A stretch of 64,000 bases of DNA from Minutocellus sp. GHC0000111 (lineage: Eukaryota). This document shows, piece after piece, positions 35,408 to 46,499 of the stretch (within the stretch, counting starts at the first letter, position 1; each line of letters begins with the position of its first letter). The notes beneath the pieces are model-generated. The model was not told the DNA's origin. It made no database searches and saw only the letters and a program-made list of their open reading frames with translations. The stretch is taken from assembly GCA_977018835.1 (NCBI GenBank), contig OZ361259.1, positions 3,534,001 to 3,598,000 of the forward strand, given 5' to 3'. Both the position numbers and the translations under genes were made by a program.

Positions 35408-36073
35408 TCACCGAGACGCTGCCCTAATGACACCGTCATGGTCCGCGGGGGCATATATTATCTGACCCTCGGCCTCTCTATTGCTCGAACTCTTCTTGTT
35501 ACCGCCTCCGCCCTTCTTCTTGTTCTTACTTGTATTTGCAGCAGTGCCACGGTCGTCCAGCCGTATCAAGTACGGCACGTACTGTCCCTGTCCCTGCTGA
35601 GGCCAGAGCTTGACGACGGTCCCCTGCACCCACTGGTCGTTGCCCATGTGACAGAGTACTCGTTCTCCGACCCGAAATCTTAGCTTCGGCGGCGCAGCGC
35701 GTCTCATCTTGAGGAAGGTGTGGGCCTTGGCACCGACCCAACCGCCCCCAAACGCCAGGGCCAGCTTGACCATGGCGCCCTTCTTTGTCAATGCCTTGCC
35801 ACCTCCACCTCCACCAGCATTCTGATGGGAAGCGGCATAGTCAGCGTACAGACTGTCCGGTCGATACCGTCGATCAGCGAATTCCTCGTGAGAATAGTAT
35901 TCGTCATAATCTCTTCCTCCTCCTCCCGCCCCACCACCTGGACACTCCTGAGCCAATGAAGGGGACGAGCCCAACTGGAAAGCAAACAGCGACGCGGTAA
36001 CAAACAAGAGACGATGACGTTGACGATGATGACGTTGTCTCCTTGACGATGCTGACTTGCTGTTTGCATTCAT
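35408..36073 (-). CDS. Membrane-anchored protein with a C-terminal LRFxVGxRVxC small beta-barrel (SH3-like) domain
   Basis: Signal-like hydrophobic stretch, a second hydrophobic segment, then LRFRVGERVLCHMG...WVQGTVVKLW...PYLIRLDD...IYAPADHDGVIRA. Confidence 0.65.
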   Translation of the reverse strand: MNANSKSASSRRQRHHRQRHRLLFVTASLFAFQLGSSPSLAQECPGGGAGGGGRDYDEYYSHEEFADRRYRPDSLYADYAASHQNAGGGGGGKALTKKGAMVKLALAFGGGWVGAKAHTFLKMRRAAPPKLRFRVGERVLCHMGNDQWVQGTVVKLWPQQGQGQYVPYLIRLDDRGTAANTSKNKKKGGGGNKKSSSNREAEGQIIYAPADHDGVIRAASR

Positions 36074-36435
36074 ATCATTCAAATGCGATTTAGGCACTTT
36101 TTGGCAATTCAACTCTACTGTAACAAACTGCAGAGATCAGAATGACAAGCACTCGTATTGGTATCTGTCAGCAGTGTGCACCAACCAAGCAAATAAGCAG
36201 GCAGGTCAGTAGCAGCGTATCTTGCAGCATTTCGTCAGTCACACTCCCTACCTCGGTTTTATCGTATCTGAGAATCATTTCTGAAGACAAAAGAGTACCA
36301 GCATTTTGACAGTTGATGAACGCACGCACGCAGAGAGGTGGCAGATACCTACGTAGCTGGAGGTACGCTCCACTTGGCCGCTATTCCTGGGATACTCTCC
36401 TTGTTTGCAATGCAATCACCGACCAGTGCATCATC

Positions 36436-38049
36436 ATGAGTACTCTTCAGCTGGCCCTGGTGCCCCTCGTGGGCCGCGGCGGCGATTCTACCTCGGGTAT
36501 CTTGATGTCCACGAACAATCGAAAGTCATCGTCATCGTCATGTGCTGAACCCCAGAGGAGTGGAACGAAAAGACCGAGGAAGTACCGGCCCTACATATCG
36601 CTGCTAAATGTACCAATGGATGATTGTCAGGTACCAAGAAGTGGCAGTAGTGAACATGCGGTGGAATTTGGTAGGACGGAAATCCTCACGAGTCTATACG
36701 CCGCCTGCGGTTGTTTGGACAACAAGAACAAGGAGGCCACCGACAATGATTCGAGTAACAAGTCAGGCCCAGAATCACACAAGAAGAAGCAAAAAAACGA
36801 AAGGAAGGAGACGAAACGACCAATGAATGGCACGAAATTGCCCATATGTGCGCACTGCCGAGATGCCGAGGGGTGGTGCATGCGCCTCCTGTCGCGAAAG
36901 CTCCTGCGACTGGTACTGGTGCATGAAAATCTCTCCTCATCGGACGATGCTACACTTGCAATCGACCCTTCTACCGCTACCGGCAGCGACAACTACAATT
37001 GCACCTACCGGGTTCAGATACGGGGAGAGAATGCCCCGCATTGCGTATCCATTGATGGTGCCAAATGCGCTGTGGTGCCCCAAGGAAATAATAATGACCC
37101 GATGATGTTGCAGCACGAAAAAGATGATGAGGGATGGACAACACAGCCGCAGGTGGTTACGATGGGGTCGGTCATATCCTTTCATCATCCCGGCGAGAAT
37201 TACGACACGACCAATCAAGATGAGAGGTCCGGCAAAAGTCTGCATTTTCAGCTTTGTCTCATTAGGGACACAACCGAGACTGGATCACCGTCGAATGGAT
37301 GCGTGGAGGAAGTTCAACGAGGTTCCTGCTCGAAAAAGAATACTACTGAAAGTACCCACTCGCCAGTAGGGGCAGGCTCATCGCAGTTGTTAGCATCCTC
37401 ATGTGATTGTGACGGCAATGAAAAGCCTCTGACTCAAAGGTCTGATTTGTCGGAACGGAAAATTGGCCAAAATGGTAGCTGCAGTGAGAGTCAGCATTAT
37501 GCGGTCATGGCTGCCGGTACGGTTCCTAGGCCTACCAGTACCGGTGCGACCTCCTCATCCCAGGCCCAGACAGTTCCAGACAATGTCGCTTTTGGCATTA
37601 CTGCTACTGTTGGTGGTGATGATGACAGAAACGGGAAGGAGTCGCAAATTAGCGCCCTGGACGATCCGCCATCTGCATCGGTAGGGGAAAGAAATGGTGT
37701 CGAAGCGGGATCATCTGGGGTAGCGGTGGCGACATCGTCAGTAGCATCGGAGGAAGTAGGGTCCACAGCTCATCCATCCCAGTCAACGGTGGAAGTTCCA
37801 TCGTCGATACCCCAGGATCAGGGCTCGACGTCACCGGCTCTTTTGCCTCCTCGGCGAAGTCCTCGACGGCATACACCAAGGCAGCAGACAAGTGCATCGC
37901 AAATAAGTAGTCTAGTCCCTGGAAGATCGTCAGAATCAACCGCTGAGATCCCGTCCTCGTGCCCCCCACATCAGATGCAAGTTGCAGAAGGCCAAGAGCA
38001 TCAAGAAGGTCCGGGTTCAGCCAGCATCTCAGCGGTCCCAAGCGCTTAA
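36436..38049 (+). CDS. FHA-like domain plus Ser-rich linker; probably the N-terminal part of the downstream PolX gene (frame change at about 37960-38050)
   Basis: The motifs VEFGR, LSRK, GEN...VSIDG and MGSVISF resemble FHA motifs. The ORF overlaps the PolX ORF in the +1 frame with no obvious intron. Confidence 0.5.
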   Translation: MSTLQLALVPLVGRGGDSTSGILMSTNNRKSSSSSCAEPQRSGTKRPRKYRPYISLLNVPMDDCQVPRSGSSEHAVEFGRTEILTSLYAACGCLDNKNKEATDNDSSNKSGPESHKKKQKNERKETKRPMNGTKLPICAHCRDAEGWCMRLLSRKLLRLVLVHENLSSSDDATLAIDPSTATGSDNYNCTYRVQIRGENAPHCVSIDGAKCAVVPQGNNNDPMMLQHEKDDEGWTTQPQVVTMGSVISFHHPGENYDTTNQDERSGKSLHFQLCLIRDTTETGSPSNGCVEEVQRGSCSKKNTTESTHSPVGAGSSQLLASSCDCDGNEKPLTQRSDLSERKIGQNGSCSESQHYAVMAAGTVPRPTSTGATSSSQAQTVPDNVAFGITATVGGDDDRNGKESQISALDDPPSASVGERNGVEAGSSGVAVATSSVASEEVGSTAHPSQSTVEVPSSIPQDQGSTSPALLPPRRSPRRHTPRQQTSASQISSLVPGRSSESTAEIPSSCPPHQMQVAEGQEHQEGPGSASISAVPSA

Positions 38050-40859
38050 CGATGACACAAATACACCGCTTCCTGCGACACAACGGAGCATTATTGACCT
38101 CATGACCCCCGAAAGTTCTAGTGCAGCGACCGGCTTGAATAGCATCTCAAGGTCGAGGATGGAGGGGCGTGGTGCTCAAGAGAAATTGAAGAAACTGGAG
38201 CAACCCACCGGCCATTCCACCAGCAGTGGAAAGCACAAGATGCACCCATCGCCCATCGATCTAACAACGTCTCCCGCGCTCAAGTCGCCTGGACAGTGCG
38301 TCATATTTTCCCTTCAGCTTGGCCGGGGGATGTCTCGAGCTCGTGCCGAGCTCTTATCAAAGACGATCCTTGCGAAGAAGCCTGACACTTGCATTGTAAA
38401 TGCGTTCAATTCCAGCCCTTCACCGAGCCATGTCGTGATAGATCCTCAAATTGACGCTATGAATGTCGCATCGGCGTTGGAATTCGACAGTCCTGACAAA
38501 ATGGCCAGTCATTTTGCAGCCTCTAAGTTCCACGCTGTCACGCCGCACTGGGTGCTGACCTGCGACAATCTCCACAGCGAGCCGCCTATCGATTACCTCT
38601 GGGGAGGTTATCGACGGTATCAATCTGCTTCAGCCGCGAAACCAAAGGTGAGGAATGACAAAGCGGCGTGTGTGATCATAGTTGCATGTGCTACCGTAGT
38701 AGATTTTACATGTCTCACTCACTGGGTATTCTCATTTTCTGCATATGTTTCCCCTTTTCTGCAGACCAACAATAGCAAGAAGCGGCGGCTCCAGCCGAAA
38801 GATCGATGGTTAAAGTCTCGCAAGTTGGATGAATTTGCTCCCATTACTTCAGTTAAGGCATCGGAATTGCGAGATGATGATTCATCGATTGGTAGATTGA
38901 TTCGTCGAAGGGAAGGTCTCGAAGAGGAAAGCAGAAACCGTGGCATTTTCAGTGCTATGCGAGGCGTTGCTCCAAAACGGAACGGAGCCCTTGCGGCAAT
39001 GTTCGATGAGATGGCTGACCTGCAGAAACAAAGCCCACTTGAAAAGATAGACGAGTGGCGAGCCTACACATACACTATGGTTGCAGGAAGGCTCCGGCAC
39101 CTCGACTTTGAAGTTACGTTAGATGCTGATGTTCTGGGATCCGTAAGGGGCATCCGCGGCTTTGGAAGTGGTGTGATGACCAAGATCAAACAATTTCTCG
39201 CCACGGGTTCTTGCGACAAGCTGAAATCTTTGCGCACCGACCCCGCCCGTGTTGCCGTCCGTGAGCTTACGAACATATGGGGTGTCGGACCAAAGACCGC
39301 CTCGAATTTGGTAAACAGAGGATACCGGTGCATCGCTGACGTTCGCCGTGGGCTGGCAAGTGGTGATATTGACCTTAGCGACAATGCACGAGTTGGCGTA
39401 GATTGCTACGAGGATTTCCTTGAGCGTATGGAACGTGAAGAAGTCAAACAGATTGGTGATATTGTTGCGGCCTCAGTCTACAAGGTTTATCCCGAGGTGG
39501 AAGTGTCTACGATGGGGAGCTATCGGCGCGGAAAGTCACAGAGCGGCGACTCTGATGTCTTAATCGTTCATCCCTGCTTCGTGTCGACAACACCCAAAGA
39601 CTCTCTTGCCAGAGTTCTGAGGCTATTGGAACGAGACGGGAACATTGCTAACCACCTTACCACCGTGAAGACGTCGTCCGATGGAACACTTCCCAATGAT
39701 TCCGAACTCAGCGCAAACCTTGACTCTCAGAACGATCAAGATCAGCTTTCAGTCGATGACGAGTACCGAGCGGCAACGACAAGGCGGTCCCTGACTTTAG
39801 GTGATGATCACCCCGGATCTGTGAGCTGGATGGGAGTGTTTTATTCGCCGATGCACGACGGAAAGCGACGTCGTGTCGATATCAAATTTTATCCTTACAG
39901 AGAGAAAGCCTTTGTGAGTATTATTGTCGATGATCTTGCCAATCTCGATGTTCAGGAGTCGAGCAGTACACTGGACCTTCTCAAGTCTACCAATGTCGTG
40001 ATACGTCCGGCTTGACTTACTAGACTCACTCGACTCGACTCAATTGACTCGACTCGACTAACTCGACTCGACTCGACTAACTCGACTCGACTCGACTAAC
40101 TCGACTCGACTAACTCGACTCGACTAACTCGTTTTGACTCGACTAACTCGACTCGACTAACTCGACTCGACTCGACTAACTCGACTAACTCGACTCGACT
40201 AACTCGACTCGACTCGACTAACTCGACTCGACTACTCTCTGTGGGAGATTTCTCTCTCCTTGATTGTATGAGCGGGGAAAGTTCACCTTCTTCTCCCCAT
40301 ACCTCTCACAGCATCTCTTATTTCCTTTCCGTCTCTTTCTCATCTCCTTTTGATACAAAATCTTTTACCTTGCAGTGCAAACTTTATTTTACAGGATCAG
40401 GAACATTCAACAGAAGCATGAGGTTGTGGGCAACGAAAGTAAGTTTACATTATGTCGCTCCTGAATCTCGACTGCATGTATGTGGGGAAGAGTCACCAAT
40501 GTCATCACTTTACCGGTATTGCATTCTAAACCTCGGATACTTTCAATTTATATTGTCACATCCACCACCGTCAGTCCTGTAAAATGACTTTGAATGATCA
40601 TGGTCTCTTCAAGCTGAATGTTGCAGATCATCATCAGTACTACAGAATGAAGAGGGATGACAAACGCCAATCTCGAGGAGAAATAATCAACTGCAAAACG
40701 GAAAAAGATATCTTTGATGCTCTGGGCCTGGAATTTCGAACACCCCAAAAACGAAGAGACTTTGACGACGTCGTTGAAAAGGGAAGTGCGAAACCAATAT
40801 CATCGAACGTAAGTGAGAAGGATTTTGCGGAAGAGTCGCGGCAGCAGTGGGTCCGATGA
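37982..40859 (+). CDS. DNA polymerase X family (Pol lambda-like) with a BRCT-like domain, copy A; introns 38648-38764, 39914-40375 and 40439-40574
   Basis: Motifs include HhH GIRGFG and IWGVGPKTA, GSYRRGKSQSGDSDVLI (catalytic DxD), RRVDIK, LYFTGSGTFNRSMR, LNDHGLF and TEKDIFDALGL. A BRCT-like SHVVID...VTPHWV region precedes them. GT-AG sites join the exons in frame. Confidence 0.9.
40016..40234 (+). repeat. Intronic compound microsatellite (GACTC)n/(GACTAACTC)n
   Basis: Directly visible in PolX intron 2. Confidence 0.95.
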
Positions 40860-40979
40860 GCATTTCTTAACAGGCGTTCTCATAGCCGCCGGCAACACAC
40901 CAGTACGGCACGTCGTACTGCACGGGGGAATCAGCGAAGCGTGATAATTTATTTAGTTTGCTTAAAAATCGAGAAAAAA

Positions 40980-42941
40980 TTACCCTCTTCCAACGAAGGG
41001 CATTTTGGTCGCCAGAACTGTCAACTCGAGAGCATTGGCCTGGAGAGGAAGGGCGGCCATGGCGTGAACAGTATTGGCAGCGTCCTTGCCAGAGAATTGA
41101 GGTTCCACTATGCTTGTTCCATCGGGCTGGAGGGCTCCGGCGCCGGATTGAGTAATGGCGCTGACTGCTGACGATACATTTCCAAAATCAACTTGACCGC
41201 ATGGGATGTTGTATTCCCTACCTTCCAGAGCCAACGTCCTGGTCAGCCCTGAGACTGCAAATTTAGAGCAAGAATAGGCAACGCCGCCTGGACGAGGGAC
41301 TTGGGCCGATATAGATCCGTTGTTGATGATGCGACCTCCCATCGGTGCCTGCGCCTTCATTATCTTCATGGCTTCCTTGCCACATAGGAAAGATCCGGTG
41401 AGATTGGCGTCGACAATACGTCGAAAGTCTTGAGAGGAAAAATCCACAACCGGGGTGGCTCCGATGTTCGTGCCTGCATTGTTGAACAGTAGATCGATTC
41501 GACCGAACGTTGCTTTGGCCTCGGCAAACGTTGCCTTTACGGATGCTTCGTCAGTAACGTCACACGGAGCAATCAGACAGGAAGCTCCGTGTGCTTCTGC
41601 GAGAGCAACCGTCTCTTGGAGCGGTTCTCGTCGCCGACCGATGAGAACGAGGCATATCTTTGGATTGGCCGCAAGTCCCTCGCGAGGACCCCAGCCACCT
41701 TGAGCCAGGCGCACGGCAACAGCCCGGCCAATGCCGCTGCCACCACCAGTGATGGCCGCTACAACGTTATTGTCATTTCGTGAGTCAAAGTCTGCATCTT
41801 TGTCAGAATCACCGGCATCGGCCTTCGGATCGGTCAAATCTTCTTCTCCTCGAGGCACAATCTTTATACCGTCCGCCAACGCGTCGGGAAAGGATTCGAC
41901 ATAGTCTCGGACTAATTCCTCGGCTGTCGGGGCTGGAAGGCAACCAATCTCCAGTGCTCGAGCAGCATCGATCTTGGTCGGGAATCCACCGACGACGTTG
42001 GAAAGAAAATCGTCAACCTCGTACTTGACCTTCCCCAGCGTGTCATGGGAGGATGGGTCTACCACTTTCAATGTAGCTGCCTCTAATTCCGACAGAGAAA
42101 GTGCGGTAGCTGGCAAAAATACAGTCCTGTCGAATCCCAAGATAGATCCAATAATCTCCAACGGGACATCGTGAAGCTTTCGCAGGGCCTGAACTACGTT
42201 CCGAAATCCTGTTACGGCATGCTTGACGTCGGGAGCTATTGGCATGACGGCATCAACACCTGCAAGAGGTTCGCGGACCACACCGCTGAAGCATGAAGTA
42301 GTAGCCGCATTGGGCGCACCGGCTCGGACAACGACAGTTGGTAACCGAAGCCCGCGTCCATCGATAAAGGAGCGTCGACTGTAATCCGCAAGTAGCAGCT
42401 CCCCACAAGCTTTTGACATGCCGTAGCTTGTATGCGGAGTTGCTCGAACCGAGTCCGTAATGACGTCCTCCTTCTGGATCCAATCCTGCGGCGCACCTGA
42501 GCCAATTGTCGCACCGGCCGAGGCGTATACGAATTTGACGCGGCTGGGATGGTTACGGGCTGCTTCCAGCATGTGAATCGTGCCGTACAAATTCACCTCC
42601 ATGCACAGGTCAAAGTCTTTCTCGCCCTGGCCACTCATTATGGCACTCAAGTGATAAATTGACACTGACGACTCGTTATGCTCCAAATTCACGAGAGAAT
42701 CGCAAAATTCCTTCAACGCCACCGATCCCTCTCGACACGTCACGACTCCATCCGCCACTGCCCGAGCAACTGCAGGTTGCATCTGATCGACCGGAGGAAA
42801 GGCCACGTCGGCCAAAATAATGCGAGATATTTCCGTCTCGACGGCATCACTACCGGCACATATCTTCCGATTTGCAAGTAGAGAAGTCGCTAGACTTTGG
42901 CCGAGGAAGCCACCGCCACCAGTGATTATGACAACGATCAT
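40980..42941 (-). CDS. Fusion of an extended SDR (D-erythronate dehydrogenase DenD-like) and a classical SDR oxidoreductase, copy A
   Basis: The N-domain has TGGGGFLG, YGMSK and LRLPTVVVRAGAPNAA. The C-domain has TGGGSGIG, NNAG, IINNGSIS, YSCSK and TKMPFVGRG. It is 653 aa and intronless. Confidence 0.88.
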   Translation of the reverse strand: MIVVIITGGGGFLGQSLATSLLANRKICAGSDAVETEISRIILADVAFPPVDQMQPAVARAVADGVVTCREGSVALKEFCDSLVNLEHNESSVSIYHLSAIMSGQGEKDFDLCMEVNLYGTIHMLEAARNHPSRVKFVYASAGATIGSGAPQDWIQKEDVITDSVRATPHTSYGMSKACGELLLADYSRRSFIDGRGLRLPTVVVRAGAPNAATTSCFSGVVREPLAGVDAVMPIAPDVKHAVTGFRNVVQALRKLHDVPLEIIGSILGFDRTVFLPATALSLSELEAATLKVVDPSSHDTLGKVKYEVDDFLSNVVGGFPTKIDAARALEIGCLPAPTAEELVRDYVESFPDALADGIKIVPRGEEDLTDPKADAGDSDKDADFDSRNDNNVVAAITGGGSGIGRAVAVRLAQGGWGPREGLAANPKICLVLIGRRREPLQETVALAEAHGASCLIAPCDVTDEASVKATFAEAKATFGRIDLLFNNAGTNIGATPVVDFSSQDFRRIVDANLTGSFLCGKEAMKIMKAQAPMGGRIINNGSISAQVPRPGGVAYSCSKFAVSGLTRTLALEGREYNIPCGQVDFGNVSSAVSAITQSGAGALQPDGTSIVEPQFSGKDAANTVHAMAALPLQANALELTVLATKMPFVGRG

Positions 42942-43051
42942 TATCCTCAGATCTAATCAATCAAGTCTGATGTCGCTCCAGTTCAGGCAGCAGATACGAG
43001 CACGCACTCAACAATACGAAACACAATGCTGATCCTGTTCTAAATGAATCA

Positions 43052-43597
43052 AGTCTGATGTTACTCCAGCTCAAGCAGCAGCAGATATGAGCACAATTAG
43101 CAATTGTACGAGTAGCAATAAAACGCCGCCACGTAGACTATGTTGCAATCCGAAATAATCTGCAAATTGCAAGAGCAGGGAAAGATATGAAGGATATTGA
43201 TCTTTGTAAGCGTCTTGAGAAAGATGTCGCGGAAAGCAATGAAAAGGCTACTCCCGACAAGAAAAAGGCTAAGACGAAGGTGACAACCGAGGAAGTAAAG
43301 GAGTACAATCGTCAGCTCATCGCTGGCAGAGAGGGAGGCGATTGCAGACTCGAGCAAGTTTATAGACACAAACGTCTCCAACAGATGATGGGTGATGCCC
43401 TCTTCATCACCTCAAGCGGAAGGAGCTTGAAACCCGTCTCAGGGGCGACCTGGGAAACGTCGCGGACACAGCCATATCAGGCGATTACAATATCGCAGTA
43501 CCTTGAAGCATCCTTCGACGATGACGAAAATATCGACTGGCAATCAGCGCATGGGCACTTACCTGAGACGACAGCAGCAATACCTGAGGTCCTTTGA
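43052..43597 (+). pseudogene. Unknown gene remnant (also at +5265 and +17570)
   Basis: The 136-aa ORF extends upstream in frame through a TGA at 43088-43090 that reads CGA in the local direct repeat at about 42985. Confidence 0.3.
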
Positions 43598-43793
43598 CGT
43601 AGGCCTACATTGCAACATGGCATCGGCACCGGCTCGGCAGAATAATGATGACGCACGCAACTGGGAAAATCTCACCGAGCCTCGCCGAAACACCAACTAT
43701 CATTATGTCGTCACAGAAATTAAGGAAATTGAAAGATACGCCGCTTTGCTTGCATCTTCACTCCACCGCACCAGCCACACATTTTTCATCAAG

Positions 43794-45625
43794 ATGAGAC
43801 TTATCACCGCCCTCCTCGTCCTCAACGCCGCCGCCACCGCGGTTGGATTTGCCCCACCCGCCGGCCACGGCACATCTGCCGTCCGTGGCGATGCCGCCCT
43901 AGGAGCCAAACGCGATTTCTTGAGGCGTATCTTTCGCCGACCTTCGCGCCTTGCCGCCAAAGTAAGAAAAGATCTTTTTCAATGGTCGGTTCGGTTCGCT
44001 TTTTTGGCTTTCCTGCATAAGTCGTGCTGCATAACAACATATACAGAAAATCAATTAATTGTGCCTGGGGAGGCGGATGAGAGGGCGTTTGTTGTAACAA
44101 ATGCTTTTGGTTCATGGAGCTCGACTGGTGGATGCGCTGTGGCTACAACTGGCCGATTTTGCTTTCAATTATTTATTTATGCCCAAATCATTTGGTGAAC
44201 ACACTGTTCGACTCTCAATTACCAGCTGCTCATGGTTTTGATTCTTGTTGGATCGCTTTTTTTGAAGAAAAAAATCTCAATCATGCCTAAGTGATTGATT
44301 TGCCATTCAATGTACTAACCGACTCTCCTCACGTGACACATACACCACCCACCCACAGGAGCGTGGATCAGGATATGGCGCCCCCGTCGACAACATCTCC
44401 GAGACCGTCGGCAACACGCCCATGGTCAAGATCAACCGCCTTGCCCCAGAGGGAGTGACAATCTATGCCAAGGCGGAGTTTTTCAATCCCCTCTCGTCCG
44501 TCAAGGATCGTTTGGCACTCAGTATCATCGAAACTGCTGAGAAAGAAGGCAAACTCAAGCCAGGCGACACCGTCATCGAGGCCACGTCGGGCAACACAGG
44601 TGAGTGAAGACTTTGCGAATCGATTCTGTTATTGTCACAAAAATTTCTTTGTAAGCTGTAGTTGACTGATGTGATGAAAGGGCGACCTATACAACTGGTT
44701 GGACAGCACATCCTCAATACCCCTGCTTACCATTTGACATCTCACAACTCATGTCCCTTCATTTATTTACACAACTTTTTGCCCATAAGGTATCGCTGTT
44801 GCCATGATGTGTGCCCAGCGTGGCTATGATTGTGTGATCACAATGGCCGAGCCCTTTTCGGTGGAACGTCGCAAGTTGATGCGCATGCTTGGGGCCAAGG
44901 TCATTGTAACGCCCAAGGCAGGCAAGGGTACCGGGATGGTCGAGAAAGCCGCCGAACTGGCTGAAAAGCACGGTTGGTTCCTCTGCCACCAATTCGAAAC
45001 GGAAGCCAACTGGAAATTCCACGAAGCGACAACGGGCCCCGAGATCATCAACGACATCAAGGCCGCTGGAAGCAAGCTGGACTATTGGGTTACAGGATAT
45101 GGCACTGGTGGAACGTACCACGGTGCTGGCAAGTATATCAAGGCCAAAAGTCCTGATACGAAGATTGTCCTTGCTGAACCCGGCGCTGCCGCCCTCATTG
45201 ACTCTGGGGTCAAGACCGAGCGCAACGCCGATGGATCTCCCGCGGGGACACATCCGGCATTCTCGGCTCATCCCATTCAGGGTTGGACTCCAGATTTTAT
45301 TCCTCTCGTCTTGGAGAAGGGGATGGAACTCGACCTCATGGACGACTATGTTTCCATCCCGGACGGAGCAGCCGTAGAAACTTCCCAGGCCCTTGCAAAG
45401 AAGGAGGGTATTCTGACTGGCATCTCGGGGGGAGCCACTATGTGGGCAGCCATTGAAACTGCCAAGAAGGCCCCGAAAGGCAGCGTCATTGTTGCCATGT
45501 TGCCTGATACGGGCGAGCGCTACCTTTCGACTCCTCTCTTTGCCAGCATCGATGCTGACATGAATGAAGCTGAGTTGGAGATTGCTCGGTCCACTCCCAG
45601 CTGGATCCTCGAGCCTGCCGCCTAA
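43794..45625 (+). CDS. cysK: Plastid-targeted cysteine synthase (O-acetylserine thiol-lyase), copy A; introns 43962-44358 and 44600-44789
   Basis: Bipartite presequence [10 protein letters not shown]...AVGFAP. Motifs [15 protein letters not shown] (PLP Lys), [16 protein letters not shown] and [10 protein letters not shown]. Confidence 0.95.
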
Positions 45626-45785
45626 GAGGTGTTGGGCGGAATATCCATGTCACTGCTTGAGGAGAGTCGTCGTCTTAGACTACAAGCTCTATCTAATTTT
45701 ATCAAAGTAAATCAGACTCGGGCAAAAATTGCAACAACAGTCTGATCAAGCTAATACTTGTGTAGCCAAACCATGCCGGTAATGC

Positions 45786-46414
45786 GTGGTACCGGATGTG
45801 GCGCATTTTCATTACAACATACAGGAAATTATCGTCTTTCCGTCACCCGAAACTATCGAATCTGTGGTATTTGCCGCCCGAGCCGTCTATCAGGCCCCAT
45901 TGCTCACGGTCGACGAGTGTCGTCACATTATTGACATGGCTCATGCGGCAGCGGAACGCAATGTGGAGTTCGCTTCGAAAGAAGCGGCAAAACAGGAGTT
46001 TCTTCGTGGTGCGGGTATAATATCGAGAGTAGATGATGAGGCCGATGACTTTATTCAGCAGCACCAGCGCAATAACAACGAAGGGCATGTCGTAGAGGGA
46101 AGGACATTGCTCGACGAGCCAAAAGGCTGGACAAAGGATAGACACACGAGCTATCCAACGACAGATCTCAATCTGGTCACCGATCCTTTTACAACTAATG
46201 ACCGAGACTTTCTCAAGAAGATACTGGATGCGAGGTTGGCACCACTGTTGGAACGAGTTTATGGAATAGCTCCAGGGGCCATTAGGGCTAATGACATGTT
46301 TGTCGTCCGACACGACTTCGAGAATGGCCAAAAATCATTGAGAGGCCACACGGATTCATCACATGTTTCATTTAATATCCTTCTGAACGATGAATTCAGC
46401 GGCGGTGGTACTAG
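45786..46414 (+). pseudogene. 2OG-Fe(II) oxygenase (prolyl/lysyl hydroxylase-like), copy A; cut off from its 3' exons by the insertion at 46500
   Basis: Motifs LLTVDEC, YPTTD, DMFVVR, HTD and FNILLNDEFSGGGTR, then a GT donor at 46415. The intron is interrupted at 46500. The start codon is unclear (possibly ATG 45773 with a 46-nt intron). Confidence 0.75.
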
Positions 46415-46499
46415 GTGAGATCTGTTGTTAAAAAGGATTGATTTTCGGCAAGTTTGCGGACACTTACAGCCAGCTTCTGATCGTTTCTCTAGATGTTAA

